64,000 bases of DNA, taken from positions 147,138-211,137 of the forward strand of contig NW_014577085.1 of NCBI RefSeq assembly GCF_000485595.1. The letters run 5' to 3'. A program made the translations under genes and the position numbers. Shown here in pieces: positions 39,864-53,162 of this stretch (the first letter of the stretch is position 1; each line of letters begins with the position of its first letter). Source of the stretch: Priapulus caudatus (lineage: Eukaryota). The notes beneath the pieces are model-generated. The model was not told the DNA's origin, ran no database searches, and worked only from the letters and a program-made list of their open reading frames with translations.

Positions 39864-40298
39864 CACGCACGCACACACACCCCCCCCACCCGCCGCACTG
39901 CACCACCCCCCCCACACACGGACACAAACACAAACCCGACGCCACGCCGCACGACACATCCATACACAAGCACGGCGCGCCCCCCGCGCGCCACGCCCCC
40001 CCCGCCCCCCCCAGCCGCACACCCCCCCCCCAACCCCCCCCCCCCCCCCCCGCCCCACCACCCGCCCCCCTCCCCCCCCCGCCACCCGCCCACACCGCCA
40101 CCCCCCGCACCCGCACGCCCGCCCACGCGCGCCCCGCCCCCCACCACCCCGCGCCCCACCACCCCCCCCACACCCCCCCCCCCCCCCACACCCCCCCCCC
40201 CCCACCGCCCCCGCCACCCCACACAACACACACACACCACACGCCACACCCCCCACCCACCCCCACACGCCACGCACCACGCCTATCCACACACACAG
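39864..40298. repeat. C/CA-rich low-complexity tract
   Basis: Direct inspection. Confidence 0.9.
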
Positions 40299-40489
40299 CC
40301 TTCGTCGGTCAAGAGACTGCACTCCTTGTTAGTGCATGTATAGATAGGGGCGCGTGCGTCGGGGCGGGCGCTACGAGAACTAGTGGCCTGCGTCCGCATC
40401 ATCGGGTGAACCCGTTCGAAACACGATAGCTCGCGGCGGGCGGTGCAAGCAAGTACACGCACGCACGTACGTCGCGCGCAGCTAACCGA

Positions 40490-40832
40490 CCAACCGGTGG
40501 GTCGTCGGCGGGTACTGGCTGGCTGTGGTCTTGTGCAGTGGTGCGTAATAGTCCTCGTCGGTAATGGTCTGAGACGTGCTACCCCCCCGACCTAGCGGCG
40601 TGTTTCACACCCCCGCCCCGTCCGGCGCACACGCCCCGCGTGCTAAGCGCCCGGTCCAATAGCCCGGAAGCCATCCATCTGTTGACGTGTGCAGCCCGAC
40701 CAGCCTAGTGCGGCCAAGACCGCGTGGCCTCTGTGCCCGGCAATGGGTGGCACTGCCTCGGAGAATCCAGGCGTCGCTACGTAAATCCTGCCGTATAGTT
40801 CGATCTTGTGCCGGTCCACGAATAGTCCGAAC
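40490..40832 (-). other. Coding-like island with Cys-rich extracellular-domain-like motifs, frame broken
   Basis: After acceptor CACACAG the fragments GSDYSWTGTRSNYT, PGFS, LRGSATHC, LGWSG, PGYWTG and DEDYY appear in different frames. It lies between two noisy microsatellite tracts. Confidence 0.3.
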
Positions 40833-40833
40833 C

Positions 40834-40877
40834 TGTGTGCGTGTGTGGCGTGTGTGTGTGTGCGTGCGTCGCGTGTG

Positions 40878-40909
<32 letters not shown>

Positions 40910-41452
40910 TTGGGGTGTGAGTATATATATATGTGTGTGTGTGCTTGTGTGGTCGTGTGTGTGCGTTTTGTGCTGTGCGACTGTGCAACCTGTGGCGTGC
41001 GTCGCCGTGCCTGGCGTGTCTGAGTATGTGGTGTGTGTGTGTGTGCTGTGTGTGTGTGTGTGTGCGGTGCGTGCCGCTGCGTGCGTGCGCGTGCTCGCCG
41101 CGCGTCGTGTGTGTGGCCCATAGTGTGCTGTGTGTGTGTTGTGTAAGTGCGTACCGTGCGGTGCGCGCCGCGTGTGGGTGTGTGTGCGTGTTGTGTGTGT
41201 GCGTGGTGTGTGTGCGTCGGCTGTGCGTGCGTGGCGTGTGTTGTGTGTGTTGTGTGTGTCGTGTGTGTGTGTGTGTGTGTGTGGTGTGTGGGGGGTGTGT
41301 GTGTGTGTGTGTGTGTGTTTGTGGTGTGTGTGTGTGTGTGTGTGTGTGTATGCGTGTGTGTATGTGTGTGTGCTTGCGTGCCTGCGTGTGCTTGTGTGTA
41401 GGTGCGTGTTTGTGTGTTTGCTCGCGGGCGCGTGCGTGCGCGTGTGCGTGCG
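40834..41452. repeat. Degenerate (GT)n/(GTGC)n tract
   Basis: Direct inspection. Confidence 0.9.
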
Positions 41453-41622
41453 TTGGTATTGATTCCGTTGCTTTTGCACGTCTGTAGACAAGCCTATTCA
41501 AATCTAGTCGTGTGTGCGTGGGCGTACACATCAAAAACGGTTCGTTCAGCGAGCTATATCTGCTTACCGCGCGGCAGTCTGTTAATGCAAAGCGTCGGAA
41601 TATAGATGATGCTATTTCTCAC

Positions 41623-41709
41623 CGTCTGCGCCGCCGCCGCCGCCGCCGCCGCCGTACACGGCGCTCAGGTACGGTGCGGCGCCGTCGCGGGGGGCGTTGT
41701 CACAGGCAA
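41623..41709 (-). CDS. Candidate phase 1-1 exon (xACDNAPRDGAAPYLSAVYG8AD)
   Basis: Acceptor CCGCACAG with upstream CTGAT and donor ACG|GTGAGA. It is 87 nt long and open in phase 1. Confidence 0.3.
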
Positions 41710-42356
41710 CTGTGCGGATGCGACAATCAGTGATTTGCATTTATAGGAAAGAAAGCCGGGAGCAAGAAAGCCGGGAGCGTTCGTTACGTGGCGGCTGCAG
41801 TCATGCGAGCAGCGCAGCAGGCCGCGCACTTAACAGCACATTTCTGCCCCGTAGGACGTGCCCACTGTAAAACTGTCGCGCTGAAATATTGCGAAATCGA
41901 TACGTGAGAGCGATTTTTACGCATTAATGCGTTTACAAGTCGAAGAAGACGCGGCGAAAATAAACTTCGTGTACGCGAATGATATATGTCTTTGTACGAA
42001 AACTTGCGTCATGGATGTAAACACGTTGCTGCGTTGCTGCGTTGCGAGGATTTAACAAGCACCTTATGAGCTGTATTGTGCAATATAAATGCTAAACGTC
42101 GTGTCGTATCCGTCGGCTGTGCTATAGCAGTTAATTTACCGAAAACCACAACAATGACAGCCCCACGGATAATAGCCGAGCATTTCGATATTTAATAGCA
42201 ATGAGCCATGTAAAGCTATACGCTACTTTCATGAAGTTTTACCGCATTAAACTTGTTGTATGTTTATATGCTTAATGCGTTAAACCGATGTATTGAGGCG
42301 ATGCTATCACAGACATTGTGATTAAACATTATTTCCTGCGTTACTGTACATAATAT

Positions 42357-42398
42357 CAGGAGTTAATAAAGACAAACGTTTGTATTTATTAACTCCTG
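42357..42398. mobile_element. 42-bp palindrome with 7-bp TSD, same family
   Basis: It has the same 20-bp arms (one mismatch) with a central CG, flanked by ATAATAT on both sides. Confidence 0.85.
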
Positions 42399-43854
42399 AT
42401 AATATTCCCAACTTTGTTCGGGACTCTATATCTGTTAGTTTCAATCCACTCACCTATATTACTTTTAGACTAATTCGTCTAATTGTGTGGCCAGAGTGTG
42501 TGCGGAGTGTATCTACACATCTGCCTTTTCATTATGTATATGTGTGTGCGCGTGCGTGCGTACGTGTGCGTGTGCGCATATGTGTGCAGGAATGAACCGT
42601 TTTAATTCCCATTAGTTATTTATATTTCCCCCGTTCGAAATTATAGAAAAAGTACAGTGTGCGTGTAAATCTCATCGGGGATCCACCATCGGTGGTGCAA
42701 ACCACACGTTGCTCTAATGTTTTCGCGAAATGGGACTGACACACCAGATAAGTAGCTTTTATATTTTTCCTATCGTTTTTGTCATTTCTGTTGCTTTTTC
42801 TTTAAAAATATCAATAAATATACCTTTTACTCGTCTGAGGCTAAGTATCTAGATCTATATCTAGTGTAGCGAAGCCGCTTGCTTATCGTAATCGTATAAT
42901 TAAGTCACGTGGTTACGCGAGGGTGTATGGCTAACACCCTTTGCTAACGTCTATCAGGCACACATTGAAAAGTACACAACAGCAGTGATATACGTATTCC
43001 GTTACTCTCTTTAATCGTTACCTCTTAAACTATGTATAATCCCATAAAAGGGCAGCCGCGTACACGAGGTTTACGCGAGGCACTGTCATAACTTACGAGG
43101 CTAATGCTGTGACGATGTGTGATCTGAACGGATGTGCAGTCTATCGTGGATGAATACAGAGTCGGTCGACCAGACGTGTAAATTAATCTATATCTCGGTA
43201 TATCTATCTCGATCTGTCCTCTCTCTCCGAGCAAGAGAATTTATACCCAATCTAGAGATCCAGCCTACCTATTCTTTATCGTCAACCCCGCTGTAGCGCG
43301 ACCGCCTGTAATTGGTTGTCTCTACTAAATGGCTGGTCACATGATCACGACTACACAGCTGGGCATGTACCCAAAATAGATAAGCATAATTGTGGTTCTA
43401 CCCCCTTTTCCTTGCTAAATGCTTACTGTGTACTTCTTGCGTACGTGTTGCGTTTACTTGAATAAGTATATTTTTTAAATTTTTGTTTTTTCGTTTTTGT
43501 GATCTAAATACTAAATTCTCTGTGTATGTAAATTCTAAATTTCTTTATTATATTTTGTTTGTTTGTTATTCTTTCTTTTCTATCATTCTACCACTCAGTA
43601 ATGTCTATGAATTGTACTATTACTATTATTATTTTGTTATTTGCAACCTTACCAACTAAATTCTACTTAACTAATCTAACCTTTAGTTGACCTTAACTAA
43701 AATGCATATTTATTTTATTTTGTATTTTATTAATATTTTCTTTTTTCTTTATGTTATTTAATGTTTATTTAAAATAAAATTCTGGCGTATTCGCCGTCGT
43801 CGTCGGCGTGGTGATCCGTGGTCCGTTGTCGTCGCCGTTGTCGTCGTCGTCGTC

Positions 43855-44740
43855 GTCGTTCGTGGTGTTGCCGTGGTCTGTTGTCGTCGTTCGTGGTGTT
43901 GCCGTGGTCCGTTGTCGTCGTTCGTGGTGTTGCCGTGGTCCGTTGTTATCGTTCGTGGTGTTGCCGTGTTCCGTTGTCGTCGTTCGTGGTGTTGCCGTGG
44001 TCCGTTGTCGTCGTTCGTGGTGTTGCCGTGGTTCGTTGTTATCGTTTGTGGTGTTGCCGTGTTCCGTTGTCGTCGTTCGTAGTGTTGTCGTGGTCCGTTG
44101 TCGTCGTTCGTGGTGTTGCCGTGGTCCGTTGTCGTCGTTCGTGGTGTTGCCGTGGTCTGTTGTCGTCGTTCGTGGTCTGTTGTCGTCGTTCGTGGTGTTG
44201 CCGTGGTCCGTTGTTATCGTTCGTGGTGTTGCCGTGGTCTGTTGTCGTCGTTCGTGGTGTTGCCGTGGTCCGTTGTCGTCGTTCGTGGTGTTGCCGTGGT
44301 CCGTTGTCGTCGTTCGTGGTGTTGCCGTGGTCCGTTGTTATCGTTCGTGGTGTTGCCGTGGTCCGTTGTCGTCGTTCGTGGTGTTGCCGTGGTCCGTTGT
44401 CATCGTTTGTGGTGTTGCCGTGGTCCGTTGTCGTCGTTCGTGGTGTTGTCGTGGTCCGTTGTCATCGTTCGTGGTGTTGCCATGGTCCGTTGTCATCGTT
44501 TGTGGTGTTGCCGTGGTCCGTTGTCGTCGTTCGTGGTGTTGCCATGGTCCGTTGTCATTGTTCGTGGTGTTGCCATGGTCCGTTGTTGTCGTTCGTGGTG
44601 TTGCCGTGGTCTGTTGTCGTCGTTCGTGGTGTTGCCGTGGTCCGTTGTTGTCGTTCGTGGTGTTGCCGTGGTCCATTGTCATCGTTCGTGGTGTTGTCGT
44701 CGGCGTTGTCATTGTTCGTGGTGTTATCGTCGGCGTTGTG
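43855..44740. repeat. 31-bp minisatellite, about 28 copies
   Basis: Unit GTTCGTGGTGTTGCCGTGGTCCGTTGTCGTC, with period 31 (for example 43859, 43890, 43921). Confidence 0.95.
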
Positions 44741-45554
44741 GGTGCGCTGGTGCCATTACTGGTGTTCCAGCGCAACCCCAGGAAGTGGAGCCTCCTCCAG
44801 CGGGACTATCTGGATGGCGCTGGTGTCATTGAGGTGCACCACCGTAAATTCAGGGTTCAGCCTACGGAAGCGGTGGACAGTAAGACTGTAGACCAGGGTA
44901 GCTGTCTGGAGTGATCCGTCGGATTTCAATAGAATGGATTTTTTTTAATGCTTTTAGCACTGCATACTGTAGTCTTGGTCCTATAATCAACATAAAAAAA
45001 CCAAGTTCTCCACCAACCTGCATCAGGTCAACCTACCACCTCATCCCACTGTTGAGATTGATGGGACTGCGCTCTCCGTGAATTTCTTTCCCTACTTGAG
45101 CTGTCTCCTCGTGTCTGAAGGCAGATATCGATGCAGGGATTCAACATCGTCCTATCGCTGCAAGCTACGCCTTTAGCGAACTTCGAACAAGTCGAACTGG
45201 GGTCTCTGACAAATGAGGTAACCGGGCTGGTACTAGAATCCTGGTTCACAAGGCAATTGTCCGTTCAATTCGCCTATATCTCTCAGAATTATGGACTACG
45301 TGCATGCGACATATAAAGCCCATTGAAAAGTACCATCAGCGATGCATCATATGAAATCTAATTATCTCATGGGATGGATATATACCGCCTTGCAAGAGGC
45401 AGCGCGGACCGGAGATGGAGGCACCCCGAAAATGATCTGGAGGCAAACCTCGAACGATGTGCTGTCGACATTCCAAACGGGTAGCGGCTCACACACGTGA
45501 GGTGCCCGTGGTGGCGAATCATGATGCTGTGCATCACTTTAAGGCTTCAATACG

Positions 45555-45573
45555 GAGCAGCAGTAGTAGCAGC

Positions 45574-45605
<32 letters not shown>

Positions 45606-45742
45606 GAGCAGCAGCAGGAGCTGCAGCAGTAGCAGCAGCAGGAGCAGGAGCAGCAGCAGGNNNNNNNNNNTAGCAGTAGCAGTAGCAGTAGCAGTAGCAG
45701 TACCAGCAGCAGCAGCAGCACTAGCCGCAGCAGCAGCAGCAG
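45555..45742. repeat. (CAG)n/(TAGCAG)n repeat spanning a 10-N gap
   Basis: Direct inspection. Confidence 0.9.
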
Positions 45743-48700
45743 TAAGGGCTTCTGTGTAAGTCAACTGCTTCGACTCGTGTCAAAAGGCAACTTTCGCATT
45801 CTTCTCCACGAACACCTGCCATCGGTAATGGCAAAATGTACCGATCACGAATTGCACTTATATAAGTCACTCGAGTATGCATATTTTGTGTTCTCCGTAC
45901 TACCGGATGACCATACTCGCTTGCGAGGGCTTTCTGAAAAAGACGAGTTTCACCCAGTGAAGGGCAGGACTCATCGTAGACTTCTGTAACGAAGCGGGAG
46001 GTCAGCGGGCATTTATAGAAAGATTAGGCGGTAATCTCGTAAATGGCTTCGTGATGACATTTCTATACTCAATAACGCAGGCTGTGTATTTGCAATGCAT
46101 ATCACGTGCGCGCGGTGAGCTTCATTTCTCTTCACCACTGTCGCTGACCTGTGCTATAAACAAATAAAAGGTCTCGCGTGACATCCCTTAGCTTAGCTGG
46201 TGGGACAGGATGAGTCGTAATTGACCGCAAGTTTGATAACCATTCGTTAGGGTTGGTGTAAGTTAGTGGACATGTTAGGTGATCGTAGCCCTACCCGTAT
46301 ATCAGCGTATATATACGTGTATATATATATATGTATATATATATTATTATTTGGTCTGACAATCTGGGCTGTCGAATTTGTTTCGCCCCGCTTTATAAAC
46401 ATTGGGAAATATCGACGTGGCAAATACCACAAATATCGCATCAGTTTCTGTTTCCTTCGCTCTCCCTGTCCGTGACCGCCATAGTGTGACACAGCGGTCA
46501 CCTCAGCGCTTGCTGTAACCGCTCGAAGAAGCAATCCGAGATGAAATAATGACGTCGCACTTACTGTACACGCCGCCTACATGCAGTGAAGCCTGCCTGA
46601 TACATGCCTACATACAATGCAGAGACATATCAAATAAAATTCATCAATTTTTTCATTCAGTCCGTCGCTGCGTAGTCTGTACCTTTCACAAGGAGAACGA
46701 ATGAAATGTCATGGTCATACCTACACGTGGCCATTAAAATGAGCCGAGCGCAGGTTAGAAAAAAGATAATGGATTTAACATAAGTTGTAAAATAACGTTT
46801 TACCCAACTCATTTCGTTATATATTCTTGTTAAATTTTTAACCGTTTTGCATTTTCACTTCCTGAACAACTATGGAAATCAGATCTTTTAACCTAGTTAG
46901 TGCAAATAAAATGTGAATTGCAGCTTTAATTCTATTTTCATTTCTTGCCAGATCACATTTTCCTGCGCACGTGATATCAAACGATATGATTCCTTCATAT
47001 GAATTATGCACAAATCCCATACCTGTATCTTTCGCTACGTAAAAACGTTAACGGTCAGACAAAGAACCGGGTTTAATTTGACGAAATATAGTAAGATTTC
47101 GCATGATAATCACAACATATTGTAAAGTCAATAGCACGTTTTCCCTAGCTACATTTTAGATGCATATAAACACGCAAGGACGGCTCTGTGGAATTTCGCA
47201 TATTCATTCCATGTCATTCTTGTCAGAAATCGTTTAACAAGCGAATTGGGCTTAATATCGATCTAATTGTCCGTAACGAATATTTTGCAACGACATCATA
47301 CGTATGTGTTTTGAGACAGCCGTACCTAGTGATGTCGGCGGTGGGAGGTGGGGCAGGGGGCGGGCGGGAATCAAATGTGCACTGGTTGTTAGCTTGCGTT
47401 AAACGCCGTGCCTGGGTTTTCGGTGAGTTGGGATTGGCGTTGGCGCTTCGTTGAGCAAGCCGCGTTACGTAACTCACTTAATAAACGATCGAGTATGAAG
47501 TCGTAAATAAAAAATGTTCAATCACGTTCGCAGCTTAACAACGGTGCCCGAGATGCATCGATCGACAGACCTGAGTCTGTGAGGCATTCACGTACGTGCA
47601 GTGCGGGAATGCGAGTGACAGCTGGCACACAATCATTTTACGCACATGCCAATTATTATCATTGTAGGAAAGCTATTTGCTTTGCAATCAGCTGCGTATA
47701 GCTTTCGCGTATGGTTTCGCAAAAATAATGTTCCACGTTGTGTGGTGCGGGGTGCACTTTACTTATTACATTCTTAGTACATTCAACGGGGGGGTTCCAT
47801 GACGCAGGAAATTGCAATATGGAAATGTGTTTATTATTCTATATATCTATCTATAATCTATATATTATTTACTGTTGTCGTGTTTATCGGCGTTGTTTAT
47901 CCACTTCTTCATCAGCTCGTCGCGAGCTGTGGTATATTTCATGTTTTACTTATGGCACTGCTCCACAAATAGTAAATGGCAATTCTTTGATAAATATTTA
48001 ATAACATCGATAAGCCGCGACGTTTTCGGTGTCAGTGGCCACAGCGGGCTGTATTAAATCTTCAGCTGCTCTGCCCATCGTAGCACGTCACGACTGTTGT
48101 AATCACCCGCGGAGTGGCAACCAACCAGCTCGCGCGCGTAACAAGCACCATAACAATCACCATAACAAGCACCATAACAATCACTAGATAACGATCACGT
48201 AACCGTCGTCATAACAATCACGTAAAAATAAATTACACTGATTATTATATAGCCGTTTGAAGACCCATCTCTGCGGGTGCACGCGTGCAGTAAATTTATG
48301 TCATCATTAATTTTTTAAGCGCTTGACAAATGCTGCGGCATGCAGATAACCTAGACGTGTGGGTTGTACATTGTCCGATACACGCTGCACTGAATTAATA
48401 CCCGAGCGCCTCGAGGTTGACGGCAAACAAATGTGCTCGAGAAAGATGCGCCGCTGAATATATGTTACGTGAAGTTTTTCTCTCGACCGTGCGCGCGATG
48501 ACTGCGTTATAATTGACGCACAGATGAAACGGCTACAAAATAAAAGGGAAGCCATTAGCAGCCATTAGTGGCAGCATAGAGAAGCAGCCGAGGCGTCGCG
48601 GATGTGGTTATTCTGAAATAGCACTATTCATTGTTAGCGCGGAACCAGGACAAGTGGCATCTTTTAGACGCGAGATAAGTGCCGATACTCATTAAAATAC

Positions 48701-49985
48701 AACTGTTACTTTATATGGGCGCTGTGGTGCCGTATCACGTAACCAGTGTCCACTAGTCCCGGTCAGGTGTTTCACGATTTCTTATGTAGTCGGTTAGCGT
48801 GTCGCATGGAAGTAGTTGGGAGAGGCAGTGAAAAAACCACATTAACGAAATTAGAAACCGACATAAAAGAAGAGTGCGGAGAGGGATGTTAGGATACTGA
48901 AAATAAAATTATATAATATGCTTGTACATGTGTGTGTGTGTGCGTGTGTGTGCGTGCGTGTGCGTGCGTGCGTGCGTGCGTGCGCGCGCGCGCACGTGTG
49001 CGTGTGTGTCCGTGTGTGCGTGCGTGCGTGTATGTGATAAAGAAACAGAGAGCGCGAGAGAAAGGTAGTGTGGCGTGAGTGATAAAGTAAAGGGTGGTAG
49101 ATACTAGATACACAGGGAATGTGAGAGAAGGAGCAGCAAACGCGGAAGACTAGATGGGGAAAATAATTGGCTCAATTTTGAGTGTGCAAAAAGTGTCGTT
49201 TCTGGAGAATACAGCCAGCACGAGGGCGAAACCTCACGGTGTATACAGTGTAGATATAATTTGTCGAAAGTAAGTAATAAAGATGGTCTCGTTGGATGAT
49301 GCTCTTCAAGACATTTTAGTTGCTCATCCGCGGGGATATTATGTGGGTGTGCGTGTGGGTGGAGGTTTGCTAATGGAACTCGTTCGTAAAGTGTGCACTT
49401 CATGTCCGCACCGTCTGTCCCTAATGTCGCCGTGCGTTTTTCAGTTGCTACGTACAGTTGCCCGTGCTCATCTCATGTGCAAGGCCCGCGTATAATGTAG
49501 TAACAACGTATGTCCATCCATCCCTGCGCGGGGTTTGATGCGTATAAGCCGAGGTCCTGCGTGTGCTCGTTATTAAATGTAATAAGCATGGATTACCCGG
49601 CTCGCCACGACTGCATTTATTCATCATGCACGCACAGAGACCACGCCGTGACTCGCCTTTCTTCGCCGTCAGTCTCGTATTTTCATTATCCCTTCTCGTC
49701 GCAAAACCTTTTTTGTCACTTCAGACGTCAACGCACTTCTAAAATTCTAGTAATTTCCTGCTGTGTGTAGTATGGGCTATAGATATTAGGATGAGGTGTG
49801 CGTTGGAAAGATATGATGTAGTTTTTTCGGCCCCCTGACTGGCGCTCCGGTGAGACAATGCACGTACCTCTTCTTCACCCTACAAATAACACATTTTACG
49901 CATTATGAGAGGTTCCGAGGTACCCAAAATTCAAGGTAATAATACGGAAAAAGGTTTTACTGCATAATAGTCCTCCCAAGTACTA

Positions 49986-50249
49986 GGGTACCGTTGTCAG
50001 AAACAAAATTAGTCTTAACATTAGTCTTAAAACAGCGACTCGTAGACCGTTGATAGAAATATCGCAAAGTTACGAGAATGAAAAATTCTAGCAAAGAAAA
50101 AAATCCTAAAAAATCCTAGCCTCTCTCGTAACTTTAAGATTATCGTAAGCTTTCTCATAGCTGTATTCTCGTTACATTAGCATTAGTCGCAAGTGCAATC
50201 TTAGCATTAACATTAGCATTAACGTTACGATGTTTCTGATAACGGCCCC
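49986..50249. mobile_element. Shorter relative of the 37919-38540 MITE
   Basis: It shares the CCGTTGTCAGAAACAAA(A)TTAGTCTTAACATT left end and has a GTTTCTGATAACGGCCCC right end. Confidence 0.7.
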
Positions 50250-50341
50250 AGGTATATACTCACCTGTATATATGCACACGTGATGTTACCTCTCAAATCC
50301 CCAATATTTTATTATTCCTCCGCCTAACAGCTTATAGTATA

Positions 50342-51647
50342 CTAGCTGGGCTACCCGGCGATGCCCGGGATAAAGGAGAAAAGAGCTCGAATTTAGTCTG
50401 CCATCACGGCTGTACTGATCTTATTCGGATTTTATAAATCTGTCCCAAGAATTTCACTTCTGTTCAGTTTTGCAGCGCTTCTTGGTACACAACATTCTTG
50501 GTCTTGCCATCTTGAGAGAGGATGTAGAGGTTGTCTGGGTTACCCACCCTGGAGCACCCCACATAGAGCTGGCCATGGGAGAACACTGGCTCACTGAGGT
50601 TGAGTCTAACCACCTTGAGGGACTGGCCCTGGGCCTTGTTGATGGACATGGCAAAGCTCAGCTTGACTGGAAACTGCAGCCTCTTAAACTTAAATGGCAG
50701 GTGTGATGGGATGAGCGGATCCTTGGATGAAAGACAAATTTTCGCCCTTGCCCTGCCTGTCATGACTTTGGCTTCGATGACTCTGGGCACTGACTGCTTT
50801 ATACTGTGAGCCTTGTGCCGTTTGCAGAGCTGTGAGCAATCCAGGTTGCGCATGTACGCAATCAGGCGCGTCGACCTGAGCCACCAAAGTGTGTGGTGCA
50901 ACCTGGGCGACGCCAGTCTGTTGAGAAACCATCGGTCGGATAGTGCACCACCTGGTCATGATCACGAACTGTGTCCATTGACTTGTAGCTCGTTTGGGTC
51001 GCCTAGGCAGTTGCTCACAACAGCTTGGCGTTGATGTCATCCACGACCAAATTCTTGAGCAAGGCATGGCTCGCTCGCCATCAGCCAGTCCTTGGTCTGG
51101 TAGTGGAGGTGGAGGTTTTGGGAAGACTTTGGTCCTCAAGCTGGGGATGTCCGCCGCTGCTTTGCCGAATGGCAAAGCTTGACTTGGCCAATGCAGCTGC
51201 TGATGGTGAAGTCTGTCATTGCCGACCTCCAGCAAGTTGCATGAGAGAAGCGGCCAGCTTTCATTCATACGCCGCTGAGCTGCACCCTCATGTTGGTCTC
51301 AGGCTGTGTGGTTCAGCCTTGCTCCCAGAGTAGGACGACTGTGATGCAGGCATTGACAGGCATCTGCTCTTGTTCCTTTGGCGATGACTGGCAAGGTTTG
51401 GCCTAAAAAAACCTATCATATTTACCTACAAAATGGCCCGAAAAAGTGGAGTTCTCAAAAAAGGGTAATATCTTTTTCTCTTTTTTCTCCTTATGTTTCT
51501 CTTTTTTTGAATTTTTTTGCCTAAAATGGTCGTCGCGTCATGCTGATTCAGAATATATATGGTGTTGGGGGTCACCTCTTACGGGTCTCGAGAAGATAGA
51601 CGGACAGACAGACAGACAGATCCGGCCATTTATGTAGGACTAGGAAA
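50342..51647 (-). mobile_element. Non-autonomous, internally deleted Helitron with both termini
   Basis: The minus-strand 3' end reads CCCGGGCATCGCCGGG (hairpin) + TAGCCCAG + CTAG followed by T. The 5' end near 51645-51647 reads A|TTTCCTAGTCCTACATAAAT followed by (TCTG)n. It contains a PIF1-like helicase remnant. There is no TSD. Confidence 0.88.
50464..51405 (-). pseudogene. Helitron RepHel C-terminal PIF1-family DNA helicase fragment (frameshifted)
   Basis: Reading across frameshifts gives QTLPVIAKGTRAD, TNMRVQL, VVDDINAKLL, YKSMDTV, MRNLD and PLIPSHLPFKFKRLQFPVKLSFAMSINKAQGQSL...FSHGQLYVGCSRVG...KTKNVVYQEAL, the typical Helitron helicase C-terminus. Confidence 0.92.
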
Positions 51648-52610
51648 TACTGTAGGATATTCTAGTACAGTGTATGATACAAGGCAGGTAGCTATAAGAA
51701 ATCGTTTAGAAACCACTGGTACTAGACTATCCTACATCGACAAGCTCACCGAAATTGAACTAGCGAAATCAATATAGATACATCAGATAAGTCAATTGCG
51801 TTACAGTTACTTGATGGCCGGCACTGGGCGACCTACATACGTTACTTTTCCCCGCACTGAAAACCGGATCTAGAACATAAACATTTGTTAGTCGGTGTCG
51901 TCCATTTTAGAGGCGGCGTGCCTGCTTACACCCAAAGCTGAGAAGTACCACGCAACGGTAAACTGATAGCGATGTATAGCTGCTTATTTCCATAGAGTGT
52001 CATTATGTTCGTCGTTGTCAATGCATTGAATATATCGTAGTGCTGTATATTTCTATCAGTATAGTTTCCAAACAAATCGACTCGTGTTTCTAGTAAGAAC
52101 AATGCCAGCAGCTGCCCGCATCTCTCTAGCACGCTCTCTGTGTTAGCTTCGTGGCGATGTGTTCTCGTGCAGGCTTGTAAGTGTAATTAGGTTTCCTGGT
52201 TGATAGCAGTGGCACGCGGATTAACCTTTGCTTTATTTTCCCATTTCAACATATATACCGCGACCGGCGAAAGGAGCTTACCGGAAAACTATTCTGTGAA
52301 AGCCATGTAGCTTAAGTGGCTATTTCGTTTGATTTCTGGGAAAACAGTATAGCGGGAGACCGACAGGGGGAACACGTGATGGTTCCTGAGATGTGTGCAG
52401 AGAGACGTGTGCAGACACGGGTATATCTGCAGATATGAAACATCGCGGCATCCCTGCTATATGTAGTACGTGTCGACGGTGTCGTATTAAAAGAATATGG
52501 CTGTTTAAATTAAATCCCTCCTTTAAGGTTTGAAATTTAGAATTTTTATTTCCACATATATGCAAACGTTTGCATCGCACACCCGAACACACGCACGCCC
52601 GTACGCAAAC

Positions 52611-52741
52611 ACGAACGAACGATCGAACGAACGAACGAACGAACGAACGAACGAACGAACGAACGAACGAACGAACGAACGAAAGAACGAACGAACGAAC
52701 GAACGAACGAATGAACGAGCGAATGAATGAACGAACGAACG
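52611..52741. repeat. (GAAC)n microsatellite
   Basis: Direct inspection. Confidence 0.95.
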
Positions 52742-53162
52742 CACAGACGCTCACACACACATGTGCCTACTAAATCGAATGGGCTTTATACATAACGAAA
52801 AGACAAATGGAACCGGTTTAAGCACTATCTGTGCATAGAATGCATGGCCTAGGCTAGAATGAGGCGAGGGATAGCCAGGCCGCGGGGAATACGCAAGGAA
52901 AGGGAAATGATCAGGGGCGCGAGAGTATCTAGGTTCTTTGTATTATATGGACAAGGGCTTATATCTCAGATATTACGTACATGCGGGTAAATGTCGCAGT
53001 AATAGACATCTGTCGATAAAAGCACAGAGATCTGCTGACGCTATCCTAAACCAACAACCGGGTCGAATAATGGAATAACGAACCGGGTCAATTAATTGTA
53101 TATATTTTCCGTATCTCTACAGAGAAATATCATATATTATACAATAATTGCGGGTACAGTCG

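Noticed and set aside
43808..44914. 368-aa and 357-aa ORFs
   Set aside because: They arise from an A-poor 31-bp minisatellite and are open in several frames.
44760..46017. Minus-strand TATA + ATG and coding-like sequence
   Set aside because: There are multiple stops in all frames and no identifiable motif.
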